Assembly (NCBI RefSeq): GCF_006345805.1
Contig: NC_042999.1
Location: forward strand, 151,962,001 to 152,026,000
Length of the DNA: 64,000 nucleotides
From: Octopus sinensis
Taxonomy: Eukaryota
Direction of reading: 5' to 3'
The notes under the pieces are model-generated. The model was given only the letters and a program-made list of their open reading frames with translations. It ran no database searches and was not told the origin of the DNA. A program made the translations under genes and the position numbers. Of this stretch, positions 23,363-36,166 are shown one piece after another (positions within the stretch are counted from its first letter, which is position 1; each line of letters begins with the position of its first letter).

Positions 23363-24397
23363 ACATGTCTGTGGTTGTGTTTGTCCCACCACTACCATTT
23401 GACAACCGGTGCTGGTTTGTTTACATTCCCATAACTGTTTGGCTGGAGAAACTGACTAGAAACCCTTCAAGGTGGTGCTCCAGCATGGCTACAGTCCAGT
23501 GACTAAAACAAAGAAAATACAAAAGATATATGCTTGTCTTATTGTCCTGTTTACCCATAACTTAGCTATGCATAGAACAAACACATCACTTCATACACGA
23601 CATACGCATATATTTCCATGCACATCTTCATTCACCCATTTTGTTATATGTATTCTTGTGCATACACCCATACAACAATTGTATCCCACACACTCGGTCC
23701 TCCTTCTCTCTCTATCATTCTCTCGCACATCTCTCTTTGTCTCACGCACACACAAACAAACACACACACACACATACACACACAGAAAATTGGTTGTTTT
23801 CATTAATCAGAGCATGCTTCCTGTTTATAATTTATGCAGATGATATTCTCTTATCATTGAGCTATTATAAACTTATATCCCAGATGTATTGTTGAATCTT
23901 TCCCCTCTGTTTTATATATATATATATATATTTATATATACATTTTTACTTTTTTTACCCTACTCTTTTCTTTCCTGTCTTTCTCTCTACTATAATAGTT
24001 CCTTGTCTAATTAGATGCTGTCGAAACCATACTCTTACTTGCGCAATGGGAACACAGTTTTTACAGTCTGAACGTGTTTATCACCTATCATTTAGACTAT
24101 CTAAACAGAAAAGCAAATATGAAATGCGAACTGCATCTTCTTAATTGGCTTGGATGCATCCTGTTTGGGCTGGTCTCTCCTGATTTTAAAATGTTTTCTA
24201 ATATTTGAAATAGCACAACCTCATTTGTATTTGTCAATAATGAGGATTAAAAAAAAAAATAGATGAATGAATGAATTACAGCATTAGTTGTTGCTAAGGA
24301 ATATTGTGGGAAATAATCTGAAGAACATTTAACAACTAAAAAAAAAAAGAAATGGACATTTTTTTTTTTAGTTTGTTGTCCTCTCCCTTTATTCCAG

Positions 24398-24435
24398 GCC
24401 AGAAATATAAAATTACAGTGATATTTGAATTAGAG
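24398..24435 (+). CDS. Candidate internal exon (phase 1 to 0)
   Basis: Strong acceptor ctctccctttattccag|G; donor GAG|gtatac; only open frame (x)QKYKITVIFELE. Confidence 0.5.
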
Positions 24436-24670
24436 GTATACTAAGGAGAACAAATATTTAAACTATTTACTGTTTTGGTTCTTTTTGCTGTTTCATTTTT
24501 AATTTTTTTTGTTCTGTGTGTATGAAATGTTGTAGGTGGCATATGTATTCTTTTCTCTCTGTGGCATTTTGGTATTTCAAAAATGACCAAACCCATAGGT
24601 GACCATTCTGTAGATAGCTGATGACTACAAAAAGACAAGGAGAGGGGAGAGTAAAACATGAATATGTACT

Positions 24671-24792
24671 CATAGGCTCAGAAACAGAGGGCACAGGGGT
24701 GCAAGCACACCCTCTAAATTTTTCTTTTTTGTGTGGGTGCAATGAAAAACTGGGTTTGCACCCTCTAAGCAAATTTCGTTCCTGCACTTATG
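24671..24792. mobile_element. Small hAT-like MITE
   Basis: Imperfect TIRs CATAGGCTCAGAAA / TTCCTGCACTTATG; internal GCACCC subterminal motifs. Confidence 0.5.
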
Positions 24793-25099
24793 TATGTACT
24801 AGAAAAATTTTCTTTTTTCTTTTCATTTACACTACTATGATGATGATGATGGAAATCACTTTTTGACTTAGTTTTCTTAAAAAGTATCAAAGACAGTATT
24901 AGAACAATGTGGATTAGCACTATACATACTGCAGTTTGATTGTGTTTTTATTGTCTCTAGTAAATAAAAGCATAATCAGACAGCAGTAACTATAGTGATA
25001 AAGTGAAACCACTTAAAGTTCGGACGATACTCATCCACATTATCCTAAGCAGACTGTCTGTGATATTTTTTGAGTCCTGATTACAATGCTTTTGTAAAT

Positions 25100-25560
25100 A
25101 CGATTTTCACAACAAAGAAGCCTGCTCTGCAACCATATGGTTTTGGTGTTCAGTCCCACAGCACAGCACCTTGAGTGAGTATCTTCTACTAGATATAGTC
25201 CCAGGTTGATCTATGCCTTGTGAGTGAATTTGGCTAATGGAAACGGTGTGGAAGCCTGTGACACACACATACATATACACACATGTATGTGTGTGTGTGT
25301 GGGTGCGCATGTGTATGTGTGTGTGTGTATCTTTGCATCTGTGTGTCCCCTGCCGCTACCTAACCGCTGGCGTTGGTTTGTTTGCATTCTCTTAACGTAG
25401 TGGTTTGGCAATAGGCACCAGCAAAATAAGAATCAAACTGATATAAAAGTGAGTACTGAGGTTAATTTGTAGAAGCAAAACCCTTCAAGATGGTGCCCTA
25501 GCATGGCTGCAGTCTGGTGACTTAAGCAAGTAAAAGGTAAAAGATAAAGGCTACAAAAGT
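25100..25560. mobile_element. SINE family A head (minus, 25100-25262) and body (plus, 25320-25560) in opposite orientation
   Basis: Direct comparison with 14112-14577. Confidence 0.8.
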
Positions 25561-27014
25561 CTTTATCTTTATCAGTTTGTCTGACCATGTGACATTGATC
25601 AACAAAGACATTCTGTAAACCAGCTTTGGGAACTAGCATGTTTATAAAGATCTTCCTCATTGAACCAACCACTCCATAACAATACTTTACAATATTTACC
25701 TTGCTGAAATTTAGAAAATTTTGATGGAATTATATATTTCAGAATAAACTTGTGATTTTAAAGCTAGCACAGTATGTGTAAATTTATTTAATTTAATTAG
25801 ATATACTGGACTGTCATAAACTAATGTCTTTCCTTGTGTAGTTTCACTGAGGACATAAAAAGAGAGATCAGCTAGACTAGTTCCAGCTTTTGTTAAAATT
25901 TCATCTACAGCTAATTAACTTTCTTTCAACAGTCTATAGCAGTATTGTATGTATAACAGCTATTTTTTATAAATAAAGGCCTTGTGAGTAGATTTTGTAG
26001 ATGGAAACTGAAAGAAGTACACTGGATATATATACATATATATATATTTATACATATATATATATAAAATGGAACAAAAATGCAATAGCGGACAATAAAA
26101 CATCCAGACAGATAGACAATACAAAGGCAGACAGGAAAAACAACAATTAGAGGAACAGGAAAAATGGACAGGTCTTTCATGGTCTTCTTTTGTCAGTCAA
26201 GTTACCAGATGTCGTTACAGTTTCGGGCAGTTATACTTGAGACTGTTCGATCTGGTTGCCCCCAAAAAAGTCTAAGCTAAGAGCATTAGATTTTTTGTAA
26301 GAAAACTAGTGAATGTGTACGACAACAAAGACAAAAAAAAACGTTGAACATGGTACACAATTACAAATACAAACAACAAAAAGATAACATCAGGTGTCTT
26401 TCAACTGAGGACAAATCAAATTGAGCTGGTGTTTATAAAGTGAAAGCCTTAAGGCAGGAACATAGGAGATAGACATAAGAGGTGTTGGTAGTCGTCTATA
26501 TAAATATATATATGTACATACATATATATGTACATATATATATATATATATATATGTATGTATATATAATTGAAAAAATTGGAGTCAACAAGAAGGGACA
26601 TTTGTTTTTTAATCACTACAATTGTTTCCATGTGATGTAGTTTTCCAGGTGTGCAGGTACTTGATTATGCAACTGTTTCCCTGCATTATAAGATCTAGTT
26701 GTTTCCTCAGGCAATATGTAAATATTGTCTCCTATAAGTTTAAGATCCTCGGCTTCAAGAACATCCTCTCTGTCTGTTGTGGCGTGAATTTAGTAGTAGT
26801 CACTGATCTTATCAGAGTATGTTGTTGCTGAAGAGCCATTAGTAAACTCTACTCTACTATGTTCTTTGAATATATCATATCTATATGTGTGTGTATACAT
26901 ATATATATATTGATAAAAATGGTAAGACAACAAAAGAAAGAAAGAGACCTCGATATTATGTAAATAGAGGAATTCATCTGTCAATGTAATATGTGACAAT
27001 TATTCAGTAGCCAT

Positions 27015-27075
27015 GATAAAACTCCGAGTTTCAGATGCCGAGGTGGAAATCCACACTGCCATCTCTTCAATTATC
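27015..27075 (-). ncRNA. Type I hammerhead ribozyme with C3U change (Penelope-like terminus)
   Basis: Minus: GAUAA UUGAAGA GAUG..CAUCU GAAA CUC G GAG UU UUAUC; helices I, II and III all pair; adjacent inverted copy (27098-27120) keeps CTGAAGA. Confidence 0.65.
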
Positions 27076-27124
27076 CGGCCATCGGGGCATTTTTCCAATG
27101 GCCGGGTAACTGAAGAGATGTTTA

Positions 27125-27372
27125 TATATGTGTGTGTGTGTGTCTGTGTCTGTCTGAGTTTGTGTTTGTCCCCCCAACATCGCTTGACAACTGATGCTGG
27201 TGTGTTTACATCCCTGTAACTTAGTGGTTGAGCAAAAGAGATCGATAGAATAAGTACTAGGCTTACAAAGAATAAGTCCTGGGGTCAATTTGTTCAACCA
27301 AAGGCGGTGCTCCAGCATGGCCACAGTAAAATGACCGAAACAAGTAAAAGAGTATAAAGAGTAAAAAGAATA
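27125..27372 (+). mobile_element. SINE family A body
   Basis: Ends AAAAGAGTATAAAGAGTAAAAAG. Confidence 0.9.
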
Positions 27373-27606
27373 ATTGCACAATGAAAAGTACCATAGAGTT
27401 GAATGTGCTATTAAAAGCCCCACCTAAAGTCCTTTATATGTAATGGTGTATCCATAAAAGAGATGATCTTCCCAAACTTTTTTTTGTTGCAGTTCCTCAG
27501 AAACAATTTAAATTAATGTTAACCTTACATTATATTCAATACAATTCTTTTAATTACTACATTTTCTTGTTATCTCATGTGTTGTATGATAGTGTTTTTA
27601 TTGTAT

Positions 27607-28003
27607 ACTAGCAGTATTGCCCGGCGTTGCTCGGGTTTGTAAGGGAAATAACTATATAAGCATTTTTAGAGATGTAAAGTATAATAGCCATCTCAATATG
27701 GCTAACCACAAAGGGCGGGGGGGTGTTACTGTAGCTTTTTACGTTCTGAGATTTAATAATACATTTTTAGAGAGTTACTTCCCTTATATATGCCAAAAGT
27801 GCATTAAAAATGGGAAAATTGATGGTAAATTTTTTTTTAAATCATAGACTCATCGTAGACACGCGCTAATACCCAGAAGGGCTCGATATGAATCACGACT
27901 ATAAGATACCCGGTTTTGGTTAAACTGCACCGCAAAATGTGGGAGTAGTTAGGAATCTAAATCGTAGGAGACAGACAGCACACAACCTCACTTTTATATC
28001 TAT
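27607..28003 (+). mobile_element. HINE-like element copy 1
   Basis: ACTAGCAGTATTGCCCGGCGTTGCTCGGG 5' end; 3' GACAGACAGCACACAAC..TTTATAT. Confidence 0.85.
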
Positions 28004-28508
28004 ACATATAAAACTGTAGTTGTGTGAGTGTCTGTCTCCTTCGATTTAGATTCCTAACTACTCCACATTTTGCGGTGCAGTTTAACCAAATTCGGGTATT
28101 TTATAGTCGTGATTCATATCGAGCCCGTCTGAGTATTAGCGTGCGTCTACGATGAGTCTACGATTTTAAAAATAATTTAACATCATTTTTTATTCCATTT
28201 TAATGCATAATTTTTCGTGTGTCGATGGCGGCGGAGTTGGCGTCCATGGTCACACCTGCACCTGTTTGCTTCTCTCCCTTCTTCCCTCCTTGTGAAGCTG
28301 TGGGGAAGGGAGTGTAAGGAAATCAACGTCGTAAAGCGTTGTCAAGGAGACCAGCGTTCTTTTAGAACAACGACTTCATGGCTTGAAGACACCAAAACAG
28401 AAATGGCTAAGAAGCCCGAATTGGCATCTATAGGGAAGTAACTCTCTAAAAATGCTTATATAGTTATTTCCCTTACAAACCCGAGCATCGCCGGGTGATA
28501 CTGCTAGT
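28004..28508 (-). mobile_element. HINE-like element copy 2
   Basis: Ends are the reverse complement of copy 1; different central region. Confidence 0.85.
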
Positions 28509-28975
28509 CTATATATATAAACTGTAGTTGTGTGAGTGTCTGTCCCCTTCGATTTAGATTCCTAACTACTCCCACATTTTGCGGTGCAGTTTAACCAAAT
28601 TCAGGTATCTTATAGTCGTGATTCATATCGAGCCCGTCTGAGTATTAGCGCGCGTCTACGATGAGTCTACGATTTTAAAAATAATTTAACATCATTTTTT
28701 ATTCCATTTTAATGCATAATTTTTCGTGTGTCGATGGCGGCGGAGTTGGCGTCCATGGTCACACCTGCACCTGTTTGCTTTTCCAAATCAACGTCGTAAA
28801 GCGTTGTCAAGGAGACCAGCGTTCTTTTAGAACAATGACTTCATGGCTTGAAGACACCAAAACAGAAATGGCTAAGAAAGCCCGAATTGGCATCTATAAC
28901 GGAAGTAACTCTCTAAAAATGCTTATATAGTTATTTCCCTTACAAACCCGAGCAACGCCGGGCAATACTGCTAGT
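28509..28975 (-). mobile_element. HINE-like element copy 3
   Basis: Near-identical to copy 2 but lacking about 45 nt (CTCCCTTCTTCCC..GGGAGTGTAAGG). Confidence 0.85.
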
Positions 28976-29020
28976 ATTGTATATATTCTTAATATTGTTT
29001 TTTTTCTGTTTATCTTTCAG

Positions 29021-29095
29021 GTACGTATCTCACAATTCATTGCATCAAATTTTTTTGGTTTTCTATCTACTACAAATGTATTCTTTACACCAAAG
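29021..29095 (+). CDS. Candidate internal exon (75 nt, probably phase 0 to 0)
   Basis: Textbook sites tttttctgtttatctttcag|G and AAG|gtaagt. All three frames are open; phase 0 (VRISQFIASNFFGFLSTTNVFFTPK) fits the neighbours. Confidence 0.6.
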
Positions 29096-29419
29096 GTAAG
29101 TTTAATATTTCAAGTAAATCTCAAGGAATTCACACAAGCATACACATGCACATACCTATATTTTTGTGTGTGTACTCTTATGTGCACAACTCACACACCT
29201 ATATATTTGCGTACGTACTCTTATGTGTATACACACACACACCTGTATATTTATGTGTACTCTTACATGTACATACAAACACACACACATACTTATATAT
29301 TTGTGTGTGTACTCTTATGTGTACACACACATATGTATGTATGTACTTATGTGTGCATGTATCCATGTATGTGTGTGTATATAGTTATGTATACATGTAT
29401 GTATTGTGTATGTATATGT

Positions 29420-29740
29420 GAAGGTGTGTGGTTTAGTGGTTAAAGTATTCAGATTACAATTGCAAGGACATGAGTTCAGTTCCCAGTGACGCTTTGTGTC
29501 CTTGAGCAAGACACTTCATTTCACATTGCTCCAGTCCACTTACCTGGTAAAAATGAGTTGTACCTGTAATTTGAAAGAGGCCAGCCTTGTCACATTCAGT
29601 GTCATGCTGAATCTTCCTGAGAATTACCTTAAGGGTACACTTGTTTGTGAAGTGCTCAGCCACTTGTATGTTAATTCCATGCACAGGCTGTTCTGTTGAT
29701 CAGATCAACTGGAACCCTCATTGTCATAACCAATGGAGTG
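29420..29740 (+). mobile_element. SINE family C
   Basis: TGGTTTAGTGGTTAAAG head; tail GTTGATCAGATCAACTGGAACCCTC. Confidence 0.88.
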
Positions 29741-29834
29741 CCATGCTGTATGTACATATGTATGTATGTGTGCATATATGTATGTATGTACGTATGATTG
29801 TGTATATGTATGATTGTATGTATTGTATGTATGC

Positions 29835-29935
29835 CTGTCATCGCCACAGATGGAGGAAGTAGGTTAAGGAGTGGGTAGATACTTTTGAAAGAGCACATAT
29901 TCTGCATGAAGAATTTAAGCATGCTGTTCAAAAGC
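29835..29935 (+). pseudogene. Degenerate duplicate of exon 30159-30256
   Basis: Shares acceptor context and a 43-nt identical core; TAA at 29865-67 plus a 1-nt insertion; no matching donor. Confidence 0.65.
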
Positions 29936-30158
29936 ACACTGCTAGTGTAGTGAATAGGAAAGCTTGGTTTACAATATTTGTAGTCATGTACTCTTGTCAA
30001 GAGCAAGGCTCATTAGCCACCAATAGAGCTGCAAATGCAAAATATAAGTTAGTTCTAGAGCGCACAATGTTCCTAATGGTCGGCAATGGTCTTCCTCGGT
30101 AACAAGTGGATGGCCATCATGTATGTATGTGTTGTATGTGTACCTGTCATCTCCATAG

Positions 30159-30256
30159 ATGGAGAAAACAGGTTTAGGAGGGGGCGACACCTTTGAAAGA
30201 GCACATATTCTGCATGAAGAATTTAAGCATGCTGCTCGAAATAAAGATATCTTGCA
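30159..30256 (+). CDS. Candidate internal exon (phase 0 to 2)
   Basis: cctgtcatctccatag| and CA|gtaagt; MEKTGLGGGDTFERAHILHEEFKHAARNKDIL. Confidence 0.55.
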
Positions 30257-30343
30257 GTAAGTAGATAACCTAACATTTTTGATGTAGGTGTATAGTAAAT
30301 TTAATTAACTGTTAGCATCTACCTGATTATCTATTTTATTCAG

Positions 30344-30409
30344 TTTCAAAGTGATGAAAAAGAAATGCAAACTCAGCATGATTTGAACATAGAATGGAAA
30401 AATATTTAA
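30344..30409 (+). CDS. Possible terminal exon
   Basis: ctattttattcag|; phase 2 gives FKVMKKKCKLSMI* (ends 30386); phase 0 gives FQSDEKEMQTQHDLNIEWKNI* (ends 30409). Confidence 0.28.
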   Translation, partial: FQSDEKEMQTQHDLNIEWKNI

Positions 30410-30787
30410 CTAAATACCACATTGCATTTTCCGCCCCCTCCAATGATCTACAATTTCTAGTAATTCTCCATCCTAGAAGAAGAAGGAAAAAAACAGGGGC
30501 GGGGCGAACCCCTAAAAGAAGCATAGAATAATTATAGGTAAGTAAGTGTATTGGATTAGCTTAGCATAATTGGCAAATATTCTTTGTATTAGATGGGAGA
30601 ATAATACAACAAAGGAAAGAGAATGAGGGGGTGGGAAGTGGGGTGGGGTGGAAGTTTGGGGGTTGGTGCAATCTTTTCATAATAGGCATTTAATGTATTT
30701 AATGCTAACATTTAAGATAGAATTAGTGACGACGACTATGATGGCAATGATGATGATGATGATGATGATAATGATGATAAGGATTGA

Positions 30788-30824
<37 letters not shown>

Positions 30825-31104
30825 CTGTTGCTATTTATTTATTCATTGAGTTATTTATTTATTCATTTATTTTGTTATTTTGTTGTTTTTTTTTTTATCT
30901 TGCAGCATGATTTGTTTCTCTTTATTTGGTTATATTCGTTTCTATGCTCCGTTTCAAAGCGAAATGTCTAGGTCTGGGAGCAGTTCTTCGAATAAAAGAA
31001 TGGATGATGCAAGCTGATGAGTGAAATCAGTTTACTGCAATTGATTGCGTGCCAGAGAGGAGGAAGTATGGTAGTGCTGTCATGGAAGGAAGAGCGTGTC
31101 TGTA

Positions 31105-31238
31105 GTTTAGTACAGGATGTGTGCATGTGCATGTGTGCGTGTACATATGTGTGTATGTATGTATATATATATATATATATATATACATACACATTTACAT
31201 ATCTATCTCTCTCTCTCTATATATATATATATGTATGA

Positions 31239-31291
<53 letters not shown>

Positions 31292-31492
31292 TATATGTAT
31301 ATAATTATATACGTATATATATATATATGTATAAAAATAAAAAACAGGAAAAACAACAGAAGTCAATATATACACGTGTGCGTTTGTGTGTGCATATGTG
31401 AATGTATGTGTGAATATATGTATGTTTTTGTAGGCATACACTCACATATGCATATATATATATATACACACACATATATATTTGTATGCTTG

Positions 31493-31537
<45 letters not shown>

Positions 31538-31625
31538 TATATATACATATACATATATGTATGTATATATATACATATACATACATATACATACATATAT
31601 ATATATATGTATATATATGTAAATG

Positions 31626-31687
<62 letters not shown>

Positions 31688-31700
31688 GGATGGATGGATG
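31105..31700. repeat. Compound TA/CA/TG microsatellite block
   Basis: Direct inspection. Confidence 0.93.
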
Positions 31701-32244
31701 GATGTGTGGCTTGCTACAACTAAATAGTTGTAGGTCACACACACAGAAGTGTAGGTGGAAACAAGTGAGAAGGAAAATCCATAATAACCATTTCTTACAT
31801 AAGCATGAAACATTATCTTTAGACTGAGTGGTTCTTATTCAGGCTTGGTAAACAATAGGTAGTTATTGACATAGTTGCATAGTTGTAAATGAATTATTCT
31901 CTTTTAGTGAAGAAATAAATGGGGGGAAAACTTTGGTAAACTGTGACATGCATTGCTTTTCCCAAGGAGATGTGAATATTGTGTGAACCTAAGTGAAAAG
32001 GAAGGACATCATCTGAGACCGATATCTGGGTATGGTTTGTTGAAAGCTTGCTTTTGTATTTTATCTCTTATTTGTTTCTAGTCACTTGACTGTGCTCATG
32101 CTGGAGCACTGCTCTGAAATGTTTTTAGTTGAATGAATTGATTCTGGTACGTGGTTTAAGTCTGGTACTTATGCTATTGGTCCCTTTTGTTGAACCTCTA
32201 AGGAATGAAGGTGTAAACAAACAGTCACCCCCTCTCCACACACA

Positions 32245-32705
32245 CACAGGTGCAGGTGTGGCTGTGTGGTAAGAAGCTTGCTTCCCAACCACATGGTTTC
32301 AGGTTTGGTCCTACTGTGTGGCACCTTGGGCAAATGTCTTCTACTATAGCCTTGGGCCAACCAAAACTTTGTGAATGGATACAGAAAAAGGAAACTGGAA
32401 AAAGCCTGTGATATGTATGTGCATTTCTGTATATGTGTGTGTGTGCATGCATATGCGCACATGTGTATATCAGTGTGTCTTTGTATCTGTGTTTGTTCCA
32501 TCCCACACACACTCACTACCCAACAACCAGTGTTGGTGTGTTTCTGTCCCCATAACTTAGCACTTCAGCGAAAAGATCAACAAAATAAATAAATATCAGG
32601 TTTAAAAAAAAAAAAGGTACTGGTGCCAATTCATTCAACTAAAATCCCTCAAAGCAGAGTCCCAACATGACTGCAGTCTAATGACTACAACAAATAAAAG
32701 GTAGA
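32245..32705 (+). mobile_element. Full-length SINE family A
   Basis: Head + microsatellite + body. Confidence 0.9.
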
Positions 32706-32885
32706 AGACGAAAAAAAATTAAAACATGCAATTTTCTTTCTTATAAAAATCATAATTCCATTCCTACAGTATTAAATTAACTAATAGCATTAATTTACAA
32801 ATTTTATTATTAACAAGATAGACCAGTCTCATTCAAATTTGAGTTTCTTGGCAATCAGTCCATCACACCTTGCATTTCTAATCAG

Positions 32886-32947
32886 GATGTTTAAATTTTG
32901 AAGGAATATATGAAGAATTCCAATGGATACATTACCATTTTCCTAAA
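32886..32947 (+). CDS. Weak candidate exon (phase 1 to 0)
   Basis: cttgcatttctaatcag|; frame CLNFEGIYEEFQWIHYHFPK; weak donor gtacca; not phase-linked to 30256. Confidence 0.22.
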
Positions 32948-33384
32948 GTACCAACATTTGTGTAACAAGTCTTTCACTACACAAAATATAACAGAGACAG
33001 ACAAACATACATATGTGTGCGTATATGTTTGTATGTGCATACATATATGTATATGTATCTATGTATTTGTATGTATGTGTATATCCAACAAGATTCTACT
33101 TTATAATCATTTAATTATTTCAATTAAAATCTTTAAAGTTTGAATTGAAACAGCTGTCAGGGATTATGTCTACTTTTACAATTAATAAATATAATTAATT
33201 GAGTAATCGCTATTTTCTTATTTTTCTGAAATAAATATAAACCTTAGTTTATCTAATTACCTATTATTTATGAGTATTAAAATTAATATTCAAGACAAAT
33301 AGGTAATAAACCATTTGATATTATTATCCCTTAACGAGGCTTATTTAAGCTCTAATTAAACTTTTATGTTTATATAAATATATA

Positions 33385-33439
<55 letters not shown>

Positions 33440-33444
<5 letters not shown>

Positions 33445-33735
33445 CTTGCAAGTTACTTAGTGACCCCGTCAGTGCAGGTGCCATTTAAAAAGCATCCAGT
33501 CCACACTGTAAAGTGGTTGACGTTCGGAAGGGCATCCAGCTGTAAAAATCTTGCCAAAGCTGACCTCACCTGTGCTTGTGCTACATAAAAAGCACTAAGT
33601 CCCCTCTGCTGAGTGGTTGGTGTTAGGAAGGGCATCCAGCTATAAAAATCCTGTCAAAACAGTTTCAGAAGTCTGGTACAGGCTTTTGCATGGCCAGCAT
33701 GGAAGGTGAACGTTAAACGATGATGATGATGATGA
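33440..33735 (+). mobile_element. Family D element with duplicated GGAAGGGCATCCAGC block
   Basis: Motif twice (about 33527 and 33626); tail GTTAAAC(GAT)n. Confidence 0.8.
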
Positions 33736-33905
33736 TGTGTGTGTTTGTGTATACAGGCATACTTCTATAATATATAAATATAGATACATACATATATATT
33801 CATATAAATTTAAATAATAATGGTAAAAAATTGATATTAATTTGATTAATATAAATGTAAACCAGTGGCCTAGCAAATTGAAAAAATTTGATATTTATAT
33901 ACGTA

Positions 33906-33994
<89 letters not shown>

Positions 33995-33999
33995 ATATA

Positions 34000-34047
<48 letters not shown>

Positions 34048-35002
34048 ATATATATAATATATATATATATAATACATATAGCAATGATTTCTTATGTAAA
34101 CAAGAATACTTATATTAACAGGGGAATGGGGTATATAATGTGTTGTGATAATAGTGCTTTTCATAAGAGCATTACAAATGTAAGTGGTTCCAGGTGGATT
34201 GTGAAAGCCAGTTATGAACTTAACTTCACAGAAACTGTATTACGTACAAGAATGGCAAAAGTCAAGCATTATGTCTTTCAGCAAGAAAAACAACTAAATT
34301 GGTGACATTGTTTAAGAGACAGTGACATTAAATACATCAAATTATATATTTTATTTTTTCACCACTCAATCTTCAACCCAGTGACACAGAAATCTGAGTA
34401 TCTGTGTGGAGATTTTCTTGGTTCTATATCAGACTGACACTACTTTCTTTTGAATGAGAAGAAAACTAATTATTTAGGTTTCAAGTTCTACATATCACTG
34501 GGATCTTCTTAATTTGACATCTTAACTCACAAGAATTGTGCATAATTTCACTCTACTGTAATCATTTATTTCTAATTTATATCTCAAATGTTATTCATAT
34601 ACAGTTATATGTGCATGTGTAAGTATGTACATCAGCTCTGACTCTGTTTCTCTCTCTCTCTCACTCTCTCATTAAATGTACATACATATATGCATACATA
34701 CATACTTGCATTCATGCATACATAAATGCATACTTACACACATGCATGCATAGTCATCTACATACATCTACATACACACATACATACATACATACTTGCA
34801 TTCATGCATGCATACATACATAAATGCATGCTTACACACATGCATGCACAGTCATATACATAAATCTACATAAACACATACATACATACATGCATACATA
34901 CATACATACATACATACATACATACATACATACATACATACATACATACATACATACATACATGCATGCATGCATGCATGCATGCATGCATACATATGAA
35001 CA

Positions 35003-35230
35003 TGATCGATGCCAGGGCCACCTGACTGGCTCCCATGCTGGTGGCACATAAAAAGCATCCACTACACTTCAGAGTGGTTAGTGTTAGGAAGGGCATCCAG
35101 CTGTAGAAACATTGCCAAATCAAATTGGAGCATTGTGCAGCTGGCTGGCTCTCTATACCTAAGTCAAACCGTCCAACCCATGCAAGCATGGAAAACAGAT
35201 GTTAAAACAATGATGATGATGATGATGATG
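35003..35230 (+). mobile_element. Family D element
   Basis: GTGTTAGGAAGGGCATCCAGC..CCCATGCAAGCATGGAAAACAGATGTTAAAAC(ATG)n. Confidence 0.85.
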
Positions 35231-35604
35231 ATACCTACATACATATCGGCAGTAGTTCATATATCCAGAAAAGTAGCCTACTCTAAAACGTTTGAGCAGT
35301 AATATATTTTTTAGGAAATTAAATGTCATGACCGGTCATAGATTGACCATTGCTTTTACATCGTCTATACTGCTCAGTGCTTGATAGGTATGAAACCAAT
35401 GGTCACTTTATGACTGACCGTAAGATTTAATTTTCTAAAAAATGTATATAGATATAGTTTTAAAAAAACTCTGATCAACAGAGATTATCCAAGTAATTAC
35501 TAAGCAAAAACTTTATTTTAGGGTGTTTAAAAATATAAAAACAAAAAAGCACACAAGGGAGATAACTACAATAAGACAACTTGACCAAAATGTTTGGACT
35601 ATAT

Positions 35605-35992
35605 TCTTTTCTACTCTAGGCACAAGGCCCAAAATTTTTGGTGAGTGGGGGTGCAGTCGATTAGATCAACCCCAGTACGTAACTGGTACTTAATTTATCA
35701 ACCCCAAAAGGATGAAAGGCAAAGTCAACCTCGGTGGAATTTGAATTCAGAATGTAAAGACAGACAAAATACCTATTTCTTTATTACCCACAAGGGGCTA
35801 AACAAGGACAGACAAACAGATTAAGTCGATTATATCGACCCCGGTGCATAACTGGTACTTATTTAATCGACCCCGAAAGGATGAAAGGCAGAGTTGACCT
35901 CGGCAGAATTTGAACTCAGAACGTAGTGGCAGACGAAATACTGCTAAGCATTTCACCCGGTGTGCAAACGTTTCTGCCAGCTCGCCGCCTTA
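35605..35992 (-). mobile_element. Dimeric SINE family B, full length
   Basis: Two GGATGAAAGGC..GTCAACC cores joined by a linker; head CCAGCTCGCCGCCTT. Confidence 0.92.
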
Positions 35993-36134
35993 AATTTTTG
36001 GACAATAGGTATGGTGTATATTAGAATACATTTGGTCTTTAAAGGCAAATGGTGAAAGCAAGGGGCATGTTTCACTCTTATTCAATTATTTCAGTGAAGT
36101 GAATTTTATTTGGTACAAGAATAAAAGTTATATA

Positions 36135-36166
<32 letters not shown>

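Noticed and set aside
24618-24660. CTGATGA as a hammerhead core
   Set aside because: No helix II or downstream GAAA.
26195-26260. Hammerhead in the Penelope-like segment 26070-26430
   Set aside because: GAAAC and a flanking stem are present on the minus strand but there is no CUGANGA.
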